64,000 bases of DNA from Podarcis vaucheri (Eukaryota), in assembly GCA_965113315.1 (NCBI GenBank), contig OZ220368.1. One strand, 5' to 3'. The notes beneath the pieces were generated by a model, which saw nothing but the letters and a program-made list of their open reading frames with translations, made no database searches and had not been told where the DNA came from. Of the stretch, positions 50,626 through 63,432 are shown piece after piece (position 1 is the first letter of the stretch; each line of letters opens with the position of its first letter). The position numbers and the translations under genes are program-made.

Positions 50626-52786
50626 GATCTGGAAATATCCTAAGTTCCTCATGCCACTGTCTAAACTGAAGTTTGGACACAGAGCTAGACATAAAGTGAG
50701 ACTATAATTTGGCAGCCCTCCCTTTTCCTCTTCCAATTCCTACCATGCATTCCCATTCAGAGACGTTGTGTCAGACTCACCTCCTGCCATTCTCCCAAGG
50801 GGCCTTTCTTCCTAGGCTAACATAAATAACTCCTCAAACATTGTCCCAGCAAGATGGACATGAGAGAAAGTCTCATCAGCAGGAGGTGAACAGGAGATTG
50901 TTAAGTGCTAGCCATAAAAATAAGGACCACCTAAACCTTGAGGGTATCAAAGGGAGATTAAGCAAACAACAGCATGTCCCAAGAAACCTTTGGTGGTCTT
51001 GAGAGCTTGACTACAAAGAGTTGTGCCTGTGTTGTTCCACTAAGAGAAGATTTCATCTTGACCCTGCAAAGGATACAGTATTCAGATAATAAACACATCT
51101 ACGTACAGTATTCAGACAGCTCACCAATATACCAAGTCTGAGAATAGATGCAGTTACCATTTCCTATCATTAAACGTGGGATGAGGGTGCTGTCCTTGTA
51201 AGAGCAGTGCTAGGACAAGTGTGACTATTACCAATGAAGGGCCCTCTGAACTCAGTATCTGACTGTCTCACTGACTTCCACTGGATGCTTCAGACAAAGC
51301 TTCATACATGCACAAAGTGGAAACTATACAATTTTATTACTTGAGCTCTGTAGAGACTCCATGGCATGATTGTTCAGAAGGGAAGGAGGATTTGGATGAG
51401 AGTGCTGAGCTTGGTGTTGGGGAGCAGCTGAGTAGCCTGTCAGGAGATCAGGAGTGCCAATTTGGTGCTGCAACCGTGAGTGCCCAAGGCTGTGGGTGCC
51501 ATTCAGCGTGCATGGCCCTGGCACTGAAATTGGTGGGGGCTTGGGCAGCCAGGGCCTCAGGTAGTTGGCACCTACGTAGGAGATAGTGCTAGATATCTCA
51601 GTAGAGGAGGGAGAGCTGTCTGAAATGGCCCCTACCCTGCCTCATATTAGCACTATTTCCCTGGCAACTGGGGAGGCACCTGAAGCTGAATCAGATACTG
51701 ATCCAGCTGGGTAGACCCCACCTCTGTCTCTTGGACACACCATTGGATGTACCAGCATGAACAGACCAAGTCTACTTGTCAGAAAACCATAATCACCGTA
51801 TGTGTAGGGCTATTGTCCCTGGAAAAAGGAGAGTAGGGCTGTGTCACTGGACCTGTTCCTGAGGATCAGGTGCGTAATGTGCCCAATAGCTGCCGAGGGT
51901 GGGTGTGCCGGGGGGGGGGGACGACAACTTTCGCAAAGGTTGGCCTCTTGTGCTGCCTATACTAAGCAGAGAGGGATCAGCTTGGGATCCAAGAGATATG
52001 AAGCATCCACATCTCACAAATCTATATGTAAATCAGCAATGATTTACACTGCTCAGCTCATTCAAAACCAAACGTTTCACAGAGTAAATACTTATAGATT
52101 TGTTACATTCATTTGTAATTTTAAAAAGTCAGCACCCCCCCCAATGCACAACACTCCTCTTATTTGAGGATATATTTTTACAAGTGAGATGGTAGAACGA
52201 GTCATTTCTGCCGACTAATTTCATCTGCGAAAGCACTTATTCATATTCTTGCTGAACGAAAAACAAAAAGGCACCATAGTCATTTAAAACAGCAATGAAA
52301 TGATCGGCTCGAGGCTTTTACCAAAACGATGATTATGATCCAAATGACATAGCTAAAGGAACATTGAAGATGTTTAAAATAATAAATTAATCAGAAAAAG
52401 TTAAATACATTTTCACATAATACAAAGAGCTAGAGGGAAGGCAGTTAAATGAACATGTTGCAGGCTTTATAAACTAATAAAAATATAACTCTCTCTCTCA
52501 CTGCTCACCATAGACGTATGGAACACTCTGTTATGGGATGTAACAGCTTGTGATTTTAGATGGCGAGAGCTTCAAAGCAGGTACACCTATCCTCTTGGAC
52601 TTATATAAAGCACTGTACACATACTGATGGCAGTGTGTAAGTGGGTGAGGATCAGGGTGAAGAGCTCAGTGACTCAGTCAGAATAATGTATCAAAATTTT
52701 GAGTTGTGTAACAGGTAGCTATTTATTGGCTTGTGTGGTTGTAAAACCCATTAAATAGGATTTCTACTTCTAATGCAAATAGCGGG

Positions 52787-52788
<2 letters not shown>

Positions 52789-52819
<31 letters not shown>
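52789..52819. repeat. (CA)n microsatellite
   Basis: Direct observation. Confidence 0.95.
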
Positions 52820-52821
<2 letters not shown>

Positions 52822-53526
52822 GTTAATGCCGCCTAGCCATTATGATAGGGTCCCTGACCTGGATCCTCATCTCAGTGTGGGGCAGGAAAAAAAATTCAGC
52901 AAATTTCATCCTAGGATAATGAAAGTGGCTGAAAATAAGGCTGCCACTATCATAATGACTATATAAATTTATGAAATACTGTGCACAGTTCTGGTCACCC
53001 CAGGGAACTGGTGGCCCTCTGGATGCTACTGGACTACAGCTTCGATCATCCCTGAACACTGGAGTCCAACAACATCAGGTCAGGAAGCCTAAACAATCCC
53101 CATTACTATAGTTCAAGGAAAATGCAACTACTGTAACAAGGGACATGAAACTGGTTTGTAAAGTGATGCACAGAACGGATAAAAATATTGTTCCCTTCTT
53201 TATAATTATTATCCATGCTTTGCAGTAGTCAACTTAAATTGATTCTTTGGGGGAGTGTCTTGGCATCAGATTCCATGTGAACAAATACAGAATTGTATAA
53301 GCATTCCAAGAGAGCTAACAAAGGTTTAATTTAGGGGAAGGAATGTAGAACTTGCAAAATCTGCTGTTCCTGAGTGCCAGTTGGAAAGAGGCCGTCAATA
53401 GATAATAAAGGACACCCACACCCCCTCACCCCCAAAAAACTAGAAAAAGCTGAATAGCACTTTTGCAGCTCACAGGAACAGGACTCTCTTGGAAAAGCCA
53501 GCCTTTTACTAAATCACTCAAACTTA

Positions 53527-54110
53527 CCGTATTTTTTGTCCCATAGGACGCACCGGCCCATAGGATGCACCTAGTTTTTTGGGGGGGAAATAAAGGAAAT
53601 TTCCCCCCTTTATTTCCCCCCCCCCAAACCAGGTCGGGGAATCCAAACCAGGTCGAGGAACAGCGGGATGGCGGCGCTGCACCTCCCCACTGTCCCCCAA
53701 GCTTGTGGGGCTGGCACTGGGAGGAAGCGCGCTTCTCCCCAGCGCCAGCCTCCAAACCAGGTCGAGGAACAGCGGGATGGTGGCGCTGCGCCTCCCCGCT
53801 GTCCCCCGAGCTTGTGGGGCTGCCCGATGTCTGCCCAAAGTGTGGGGCGCTCTGCTTCAGCGCGCCCCACGCTCCGTGCAGGAGGCTGCTATATGCAGCC
53901 TAGGGAGCCCTGCGGGAACTCCCACAGGGCTCCCTAGGCTGTGGATGTCTGCCCGAAGGGCGGGGCGCTCTGCTTCAGCGTGCCCCGCGCTCCGTGCAGG
54001 AGGCTGCTATCCACAGCCTAGGGAGCCCTGCGGGAACTCCCGCGGGCTCCCCAGGCTTGCTGATAGCTTCCTGAAGCCTGGAGAGCAAGAGGGGTCGGAG
54101 AGCGAGAGGG
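53527..54110. mobile_element. Tc1/mariner-pogo-like non-autonomous element with GC-rich internal repeats, one end missing
   Basis: ta|ccgtattttttgtcccataggacgcac terminus with repeated ccataggaYgcacc; about 70-bp and about 118-bp internal duplications. Confidence 0.7.
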
Positions 54111-54585
54111 GTTTTCTTGACTTTTCCTCTTTCCTTGCTTTATCTCCTGCCACTTCCCCCATTCTTCCCCCAACTGCTTCTTCCCCTTCCTGTGGTTCTT
54201 CATGTATCAACAAGCTACTGCTCCTGGTGTAACAAGACCAGGCTAAATCTGCTTAGCCTTGCCCCACATGTGCCAAAGCAACAACCACATCTTGCAGAGA
54301 TGTTGGTAAACAATACCTTGCCTCTTCTCCCCATAGAAGAAATGGAGAGTGCCAGAGTGCACCATGAATGACTATGAGCCATCTAGTCAGTATCCTGTCC
54401 CTGATGAACCACATACTTAAAGTTTCATGGGGAGTATATGGGAATGTGTTGCAAGTATCACCCTGCCATCAATCTTTCCCCAATGTTTTAGTATACATAT
54501 GCATACTTTCCTTAGCTTAAGTCATAGAAGGTCAGTTCCCCCTACTCCACTTTTATGGTTGTTGTAAAAATAATTAAATCAGGAA

Positions 54586-54668
54586 GTGCAATCCTGTACA
54601 TGTCTACTTAGATGTCTCATTGAGTTCAGTGGGGCTTGTTCCCAAGTTAGGAGGTATAGGATTGCAGT
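54586..54668. mobile_element. Short palindromic MITE
   Basis: tgcaatcct...aggattgca termini; related remnants at about 6225-6305 and 57258-57340. Confidence 0.55.
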
Positions 54669-55465
54669 GTGGACCTTCTAATATTCTTCTATAGAAATCA
54701 TATAGCAGTCAGTTCCACAGTTTAATTTCTTTTATTTGCTATCTGACTGTAAGCATGGTTGAATCTTGTTGGTATGTGTCAAATCTTCTGTTGCTGATAT
54801 GGAGAATTCTGCATTACTTTAGTAAATTAGCCACTAGATTATCTTTAGCCGTTCTCCAGTCCTGTGTTTCTTAACAACGGTTGAGCATTAATACATGCAA
54901 AATTATAAAGCTTAGGATGTATTGACATCCTGCCTTTTTGTGATCCAGGAGAGGTGGAGAGAGGGCCCAGCAGACTGTAAAAAGAAATCAAACAGTGAAG
55001 AGAAACAACCCCTGAGCTTGCCAAGGAGCAGACTCAATATTGTCTTTTCTGTTCTCCGACTCATCCCCCCCCCTTTCTTTTATGAGCTGCTCTCATTGGC
55101 AGCAACATAAAAATGTGGTTGTAAGGAGGAGGATTGTTTTGATAGCGCCTGCTATTCTGGACTAGACAGCTGAAGAAGCACCGGAGTGGAAAAGTAAAAA
55201 GATGGAGAGGAAATTTGCAAGGAACAACTGGGGGGAGCTGAACCAGTCTCAGTCTTTCTCTGGGACAGTTTACATTGGCAACCTTTGAGGAATCCAGTAA
55301 GCTGTGCTTCTCTCTTGAACATACAAAGGTTAGATAATACTTTGACATCAAATGACTGACATGTTTCAAGGCGGGCAGAGCTTTTTCTCACTAATTGTAC
55401 CTTCCATAATGCCAGCACTGTGTTTGTGGAAGGGGAGGGTTTGTGACTAAACCTCGACTAGGCAC

Positions 55466-55497
<32 letters not shown>

Positions 55498-55516
55498 CAA
55501 TGATGATGGTGATGAT
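55466..55516. repeat. (GAT)n microsatellite
   Basis: Direct observation. Confidence 0.95.
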
Positions 55517-56212
55517 TTTATTATTTATGTGCTGCCTTGTATCCTAAGACTATATGTTACTTATATACAACAATAATAACTGAAAGTAAGATGAGGAGAA
55601 TGGACTGGAGCCCCACATTCTGCTTTCCCACACATCTGTTAAGAACATTCACCTTCTGTATCCACTTGTGTGTACATGCACATGCACCAAACAAAATGTT
55701 CAGCATGGCCAAAGGATGGAGGAGCCACACTGTCTTCTTCAACTGCTTTCCTGGACTGTCTCTTCCAAAGTGATTTCCCTAACACTGCCACATAAGTTGC
55801 CTGGCTGAGTAAAACTCTAACCACACCTCTCCCTAGTCTAAGACTAAAGGCATGTACAAATTAGCGGCTTAAAATGCAGGGAGATCATTTCCCCTTGTCA
55901 AGTCACATTCTGTGGTGTTGTACACACCCTAAGTTATTAATGGATTTGTTTCCCCATGCCTGCAGCTCCTATTAATTCCTATTAAAATGAGACATCATCT
56001 AAAATGTCTAAAACATACAAACCTTAGCTTAACTGTGACTTATGTTTTTGAATCGGATGGAACCCAGTCTGAGGGAAAGTGCATCAGTCAGCAGTATTTC
56101 TCAAGAAACTACAAGATGCAGATGGGTCATGTGCACTCACCTTGAACCACCAGTGGTGGAAGCACACTTGAGCCAAAGTAAGTAGTAACGTGCACCCCCA
56201 GCCCATGGTTAT

Positions 56213-56488
56213 TACACAGAACTCAAGAAACACTCTTTTTCTTTTTTTTCTTTTTTTGCTCCAGAGCTTTCCCCGCAAAAAACCCTGTTCTTTAATGCTT
56301 AATTGGAGCAAATGGCAATCCACAGAAAATTCGAACTGACGTTTGCTCCAATTGACTGCTAAAGAGCATATTTTCGCGGCGAAATCTCTGGGGCAAAAAA
56401 CAACAACACCCCACACTCAGACACAGAGCTTTAAAGCATGGACCTGTGTCTGGAAAGAGTGGGACAAAAATTAAGTGTGGATAAGCCC
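56213..56488. mobile_element. Harbinger-like MITE (family of 2988-3362)
   Basis: Ends aagtgtggataagccc|tca; shares ttttgctccagagcttt...gcaaaa and ttgctccaattga. Confidence 0.65.
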
Positions 56489-56803
56489 TCAGACAGTATC
56501 ACTGGCCACCTGTTACAATTCTAATGTTTTACATGTTGTTTTTGAAACACCTGATTTGTGGTGATTTTCTGACTTTGAATGCAGTTTTAGTTGCAGCACC
56601 AACCTGTCCAGCATAGAATGACAAACTACCACTGATGCCCTGTATTGTTTGCTTGCATTTCCTGATGCCATTGTATTTACATGCCTTGCTATGTGGTTCT
56701 TTCCCAGGCAGCTGGAATTTCATCATTTAAAAAATCATAATCTGATATTGTTTTTTTACTGAAACATGAGTGTATAAATAAAACATAATGATTTTTTAAA
56801 ATA

Positions 56804-57003
56804 CAGTGGTACCTCGGGTTAAGAACTTAATTTGTTCTGGAGGTACATTCTTAACCTGAAACTGTTCTTAACCTGAGGTACCACTTTAGCTAATGGGGCC
56901 TCCTGCTGCCGCCGTGCAATTTCTGTTCTCATCCTGAAGCAAAGTTCTTAACCCGAGGTACTATTTCTGGGTTAGTGGAGTCTGTAACCTGAAGCGTATG
57001 TAA
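56804..57003. mobile_element. Tigger-like MITE, second copy, right TIR lost
   Basis: ta|cagtggtacctcgggttaagaacttaatttgttctggagg, highly similar to 18701-18910. Confidence 0.88.
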
Positions 57004-58375
57004 AAGGTCTACCTTTTTAATGTGGTTTTCAGCCACTCCTGTTTCTCCTGGCTACTGGCTCTTTAATTGGTTATTTCCTGGGCTAGGTCAGAAGGGAATT
57101 CGTACAGGGAGAAGGGGCTGATTTAAACAATGTTAAATCAGGAGATTTTTGCTGACTGAAGGGTATAATTAGGAAATGACCAATAAAGAGCTAGTAGCCA
57201 GGAAAAGCAGGCACTACTTTAAAACATACCTCAGGGAAACTTTTACTGATCAAAAACTGAAATCATAAATGCACTTTCTGGAGAGTAAGTCCCATCAAAG
57301 CAAGTGGTGTTTATTGCTGAATAAACATCATTAGGATTTTGCCCATAGCTAATGGGAATACTGGAATTCTTTGGGAGAATACAGTACTATGGAACTCTTC
57401 ATATCATGCATTCATAATGATTTGTCCTCATGATGATATTGGAGCAGTTATGCATTATGTCTCTTTCACTATTGTTTGCACCTGCAATATTTTTAGGGTA
57501 GATTTAGATTTGTTTCCAATCAGGGTGTGTCCCATAGCCTCCTGCTGAAATGTCATACCACAAATGTTCCCAGGGTATGGGTGGGTGGGGTTGTTGTCCC
57601 ACTAAAGAGCCCTAGTAGAAAGGGACCCAACACTCTTCTCACTACAGCAACCTCTTCTCTATCCAGACAAAAAGAGAAAAGAGCCAATAACTACATTAGT
57701 CTAAGAACTCGGATTTCGATATCCCAAATTGGTGGCAAGACAGGGTGCAACTGGAGGGAATTCATCTAGAAAGTGCTCCCCAATTCTCCTCTTTCAAATG
57801 CTCCATTTCTGTCCCCCCTCCCACCCCCAATCAGGGCAAGGTGGAAAATCCACCCCAGAAGAATTTAAAACTCTTGGCAAGGCAGGCACTATTGATGAAG
57901 AAATATAAACATTTCTATCATGGTGGTAGCAACAGCCTCACAGGTCCTAAACCTGAATAGCCCAGAGAGATTGTTGGGTTCGATCTGTCAGACTCAAAAC
58001 GCTGGTATGTTGGGGCAGCTTCACAGACTGTATTTTATAGGAGCTCTCAGCAAACCTCCATAAAAATGTATTAGATTAGTAATTTGAGTCCCAAATGACC
58101 AATTTGAAACAATTGCTTTCTTATGATTTTTCTGAAAGTGCCTGTTTCATGAGAAATTGCTGGGGGGGGGGGTAGGATCAAACACTTATATCAAATACTT
58201 ATTTTTTCCAAGAAAGAATTTATAGTCAGCTTCCAGAACAAGGTGAGTATAGGGAATATGTAGATACATGTATTCTTTGCCATTGCCTTCCTGTACATGC
58301 TAACAGTTCAAAGCTTCAGGAGATTAACTGAAGCATAGGGAGTCTAGGGTCTTGGCTATGCCAAGAACAGGAATT

Positions 58376-58850
58376 AGTCCAAGTCGAAGAAAATATAAAT
58401 ATTTATGTTTGCTACTACTGCAGCCCGTGTTTTGTTAGCCCAAAAATGGAAATCGAGCGAGGTCCCAACCAAAGAAGAATGACAACTTAAGTTGACAAAA
58501 TATGCACAACTTGCAGACTTAACATATAGAATAAGAGAACAAGAACATAGGTTTAAGGAAGATTGGAAAATGTTTATTGAATATATGGGAAATAATTTGT
58601 GTACAGCTGAAAACACTGACAGCATTAAGATAAATTCAACAGTGTAAATAAGTTTTGATGGATGTAATAATTAAATATTGAATGGTATAGTTTTTGTAAA
58701 ATATGCAGGGATTTATGGTATGTAAAATGAACCAATGAAAGAGAAGAAGTGAAGTCATTGATATCTTAAGGATATAAAATGAGTATTTTAAATGATAAAA
58801 CAGAAAATTTAATACAATATATATGCAAAAAGGAAAAAAGAAAATATAAA
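58376..58850 (+). mobile_element. L1-type LINE 3' end (5'-truncated)
   Basis: Frame from 58402 reads FMFATTAARVLLAQKWKSSEVPTKEE*QLKL...FKEDWKMFIEY (L1 ORF2 C-terminus with an in-frame stop), then an AT-rich UTR and A-rich tail. Confidence 0.75.
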
Positions 58851-58920
58851 ATACTTTATAAAAATATATAAAAATATAATATATATAAAAATATAAATAT
58901 AAAATATAAAATATAAAATG

Positions 58921-59170
58921 GGAGCCAGTGTGGTGTAGTGGTTAAGAGCGGTAGTCTTGTAATCTGGGGAACCGGGTTCGCGTTTCCGCTCCTCCACATG
59001 CAGCTGCTGGGTGACCTTGGGCCAGTCACACGTCTCTAAAGTCTCTCAGCCCCACTCACTTCACAGAGTGTTTGTTGTGGGGGAGGAAGGGAAAGGAGAA
59101 TGTTAGCCGCTTTGAGACTCCTTCGGGTAGTGATAAAGCGGGATATCAAGTCCAAATCCAAACTCTACTT
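58921..59170 (+). mobile_element. Squam3-type SINE, young lacertid-like copy
   Basis: gagccagtgtggtgtagtggttaagagc (A box), gggttcgcgtttcc (B box), gggtgaccttgggccagtcac, tail gttagccgctttgagactccttcgggtagtgataaagcggg. Confidence 0.88.
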
Positions 59171-61544
59171 CCTTACTTTCCAAAAGGGATTCAGTCTTGG
59201 AGGCATGACTAAAGGAATGTTCTTCAATCTTGGGTCCCCAAATAGCTCCCATAGCCCCCAGACAGATAAAGCAGAGGTTGGGGGTGATGGCAGTTGTAAT
59301 CCAACCACATCTGGGAATCCAAGGTTGAGGAATACTGGTCTGGAGTAGGACAGTTCTACAATGGTAAAGAAACCCCAGAGAATTTGCTGCAGATGATACA
59401 ATCAAGTTGGCATGCTCAGCACACCAGGTTAAGCTTAAAGGTAACAATAAACAAAATAAAAAGAGAGAAGATAGGTTCTGAGTTCTATTTTTAATAGCTG
59501 TTGCTAAGGAGAAGATGGCTAGGAAAGGGATAGTGTCACTGGACTATTCTTGATTTGTATAGGGCTATCTGGCTTTCAAGATACACATGATGGACTCCCA
59601 TGAAAGCTTTTGAAACTCCCCAGACATTGATCCAATTAAATATATCAGCTTGTCTGCATTTGTTATCCTCTAAGACTATTAGAGTAAAATTATCAATACA
59701 AAGGAAAATAATGAAATTCTGATATTTTCCTTTAACTATCAGCCATCATTATTATATTAGAAGGGCTGGTTCTTATTCATCAAAAAAAATTTAATGCTAC
59801 AAGAGCAACTGAAATGCAATGCAATCCTTTCCATTAATTACACTATATAATAATGACACATTTTGAAAAGAAATGAAGATTGTGGGGGGAAGAAATCAGT
59901 GTCACTGGGTTTCACATTAATGCCAATTTCCAAAACTGCGGAGGCAACATTTTCGACATGAACTTTGAGCCAAAAAAAAAAGAGTATTTTGTCCCTTTAA
60001 TAAATGGGTCTCTGTAAAATACAGAGAATCTATTCTACAAAGGGGAGACAGTGTGAGGTTCTGTCCACAGTTTTCATCAATTGCAATAAGATTTATATGT
60101 AAATATGTTAATGGTACTATTAATAATTTAACGGGGGCAAGGCATGCTGTGTTTACATAATAAATATGATTAAGTGTTTCCCTCAAACGAAGTTGCTGAA
60201 CTGTCATGCTACCCCAGGTTATTATCTATGTGGCTTTAAAATGTTAATAAGACAATCAAAAGGAAATGTTTCCAGAGCCTGGCTACACGCAATACAAATT
60301 TCTTTAGAACAGTCAGTCAGATAGGACACTGTCTGAAGAAAGCCTCTCCTATGAAGCTGAGCACAACTACAGTACATAAGACCTTGCATTTTTTTGCATT
60401 TCCAGCCAGAGTAACCTATCCATTTGAGTAGACTTTCACTAGCTTAATTAAATAAAGCAATAATTATATTGCTATACATACCCCTACTGTTTATCTGGTC
60501 TCATTTCTAGTCAAGCTGAACACAAGGAAAACCTCAAGAGCAAGGACAGAATTTGCAAGTCAGGTTACTATAAAATGGTGACACAAATGGATTACTAAGT
60601 CATCATGTGGATCTGGCAGCTGGGAGTACTGTCTCCATGCTGGTCAAGGATTTTTTGCATGGGAAATCATGGGAAATCATGTGGACAGTGCAGAATGAAC
60701 ATGCAGCCACTCCCAACATATAACCTCACAGACCCACAGGAATGAAACTATCAAGGCAACTGGAAGAGGGAATTTATACTGCGGGGGGGGGGGGGAATGC
60801 TAAGCTTTACTTTTATTAAAGGATTGATCCAGTTCGCACACAGTCTAAGCATGCATGTTTCAGACAGGGTAGAGCACAGGAGCAAGTCTTCAGTATGTAC
60901 TCATGCCTAAGTAACTTAGCCATGTTCACAAAATTTTTTGGTGCAAAAATGAGGCATTTCTATATGCAGCCCTCTCTCCACACTTAAGGTTCTATGCAAG
61001 TAAGGGAGGACAGCCAAGCTCCAACAGCTTCTTGTCCGTTACCAAGTTCAAGAATGGCAGAGTGCTGTTGCTTCAGGAATGCTGGGGTTCACACTGAGAG
61101 CTGATGTTGGAATTGGAGACTTCACCCCTTCCTAATTCTTAGCCAGGTTCTGATCAGGCAGGTGCTTACATGCATTTCCCCCCATCATGTGTGGCAAGCC
61201 AGGTACTTTGCCGGCATCCCTGAAAGCTCCTGCCTCACATGCCAACTCCTATGCTCATGGACATAATGAGGGGAGATCCAGGAGCCAGCCAGGAACCCAG
61301 ACAACCAGTGTGGAAACCTCCAGTTCTGTGGATGGGATGTCAAGGTCTGAAGGCTCATCAGGATCACTGGCAATGCATTCGAACAGCCCCAACCAGCTTC
61401 AATCCTAATTTAGTAAAAGAACCACCTCAATGTGTTTTTAGCCAGTAATGTGCACATAGCCTTGGAAGCATGTGGTGAGCATGCTCAAAGTGTCTTTTGT
61501 TTATTCCTTAGCAGCTTCCATGCATGCAAGATGGAGACAACTAT

Positions 61545-61755
61545 TATTTATTAATTAAATTTATATCCCACCTTTTCTCCAAGGAGCTCAAGGCAACATA
61601 TATGGTTCCCCTCCACCATCTATCTCTCACCACAACCCTGTATAGAAGATGAGGCTGCAAGATTATGAGTATCCCCATGTGCCCTGCTTTGTGACCAAGA
61701 AAGCTCTGAAGCTGCTTCTCCTCAGTATGACACTCTAAACCGCTATACCACACAG
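61545..61755 (-). mobile_element. Squam3/MIR-like SINE
   Basis: tttatatcccaccttttctccaaggagctcaaggc tail and ctctaaaccgctataccacac head. Confidence 0.7.
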
Positions 61756-62681
61756 GCTTTCCAGAGTTTTCTGGACAGAAGGCACAACTTCCAGGTCACT
61801 GTAGAAATAAACAGTGTCTCAAGACTAGAAGTCAAGGCGAGATGCACAACAGTTGGTGGTACTGCTCCAGAATAAGTGTATTGCGGATTGCTGCATCAGC
61901 TTCTAGTATCCTAAGCTGAATAGCCTATCAAGACTATATTTTCCAAAAAACACTAGCATCCCTTTTGTTAAAGGCCACTTGCCCTACTCCCTCCTCTGAA
62001 ACAAATATGGAAAGAGATGCCTGGCCTGCTGCTGAGTAGGGGCTGTAGCTGCTTGGAAAGAATCAGATGGTTGCTTCTACATGGCAGCAGTATTGCGATC
62101 AATCCATTCATAGGCCTCCAGGGAGCCACTGGATATCTCCTTTCACAGAAGCCAGCTTTTATTCCAGCACAGGAGGGGTTAATTTGAACCGAAGGCAGGG
62201 CCACTGGCGTCAAGGTGTCAAACTATAATTTTATATTAGGCACCGTAATAGTTACTAGAATTTTACTACAATAACTACATGTCCAAGCAGAGTTTAATGA
62301 GAAAATCTATAGTTTTGCTATGGTATTTTCTCTTAGTTTGCATAATTCCCTGAATACAACCCAGTAAAGCTTTTGACCCAAGATAATAAAAAGGTGATAA
62401 AAATGAGCTGTAAAAAATCAGCTCGTATATATATTTGAAACAGCCACTACAAAATTATGGATCGTTTCCACAAAAATAAAAGAAAACAAAAAAACTCTCC
62501 AGGCGTGATTAACCTTGGAGGGGGGAAAGAGAGAGGAATAAAAAGAAGCTATTGCAAAAGCAATTCCAGATCTGCCTAAGGACAATGCGGGGAAGTAAAG
62601 GAAGATTTGACAATGATATTCAGTTGGAGCAGAATTGGACCAGCAAAGCAGGAGTTTCACTCATTATGATCTGCAAGCTCT

Positions 62682-62830
62682 GTCCAGGATAGCTCAGGTT
62701 GGTAGAGCATGAGACTCTTAAAGCTCAGGATTATGGCTTTGAGCCCTATGTTGGGCAAAAGATTCTTGCATGAAGGGGGTTAGACTAAATTACCATACCC
62801 TTGTGGTCCCTTCCAGCTCTACAATACTGT
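62682..62830 (+). mobile_element. tRNA-Lys-derived SINE with CR1 tail (Squam2-like)
   Basis: gatagctcaggttggtagagcatgagactcttaa.ctcagg...gagccctatgttgggc is a degraded tRNA-Lys(CTT) fused to the CR1 3' end (agattcttgcat...gggggttagacta...ggtcccttccagctcta). Confidence 0.8.
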
Positions 62831-63144
62831 ACTATCTCCTTACAATTGGTGTGTTTGCATGGGTGACATGGCTTACACCAGGTGTGGGAAACCTTTGGTC
62901 CTCAAGGTGTTGCTGACCTACAGCTTCCATTTGCCCCAGAAAGCATGGCCAATGGCCAGGAATTATGGGAGTTGTAGTTCGGCAACATCCAGAGGGCCAA
63001 CAGTTCGCCCCATCAGCTTTACACTGCTTATGCACTAATGCACAACTCACACACAGAATCTATACCACACTGTGCATTGGGTGCACACTCACTACCAGCT
63101 ATTATGCACAAATAAGTTTGGAAGGAAGCAGTGTAAAGGAGAAC

Positions 63145-63432
63145 TAGAGCTGTGTGTCATCAGCATATTGCTGACAACATACTACAAAACTCTAGATGAA
63201 CCTACTCAGCAGTTTTATGTAGATGTTAAACATTATGGGGGATAAAATTGAACCCTGAGGAACCTCACATTGAAGGCTGCACAGGGTCAAAGAGCACTCC
63301 TCAAGCATCTTGCTCTGGAAACAACCATCCGCAAAGCAGTGCCACCCACCTATAACTCAGATAGCCTCTCCAGAAGGATATCATTGTCAATGGTATCATA
63401 AACTGCTGAGAGGTTAAAGAGAATTAAAACTG
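63145..63432 (-). mobile_element. L2/CR1-clade LINE reverse transcriptase fragment
   Basis: Reverse complement encodes LILFNLSAVYDTID, VPQGSILSPIMFNIY and QYADDTQL RT motifs, with a stop codon. Confidence 0.85.

Noticed and set aside
53643-54059. CRISPR-like repeat array
   Set aside because: Eukaryotic intron, only two copies per unit, no unique spacers and no cas genes.
53426-54232. Cluster of overlapping 68-175 aa ORFs on both strands
   Set aside because: Caused by stop-poor GC-rich internal repeats of a DNA transposon.
62682-62756. Apparent tRNA-Lys(CTT) gene
   Set aside because: Degenerate T-arm/B box and direct fusion to a CR1 tail identify it as a SINE head.
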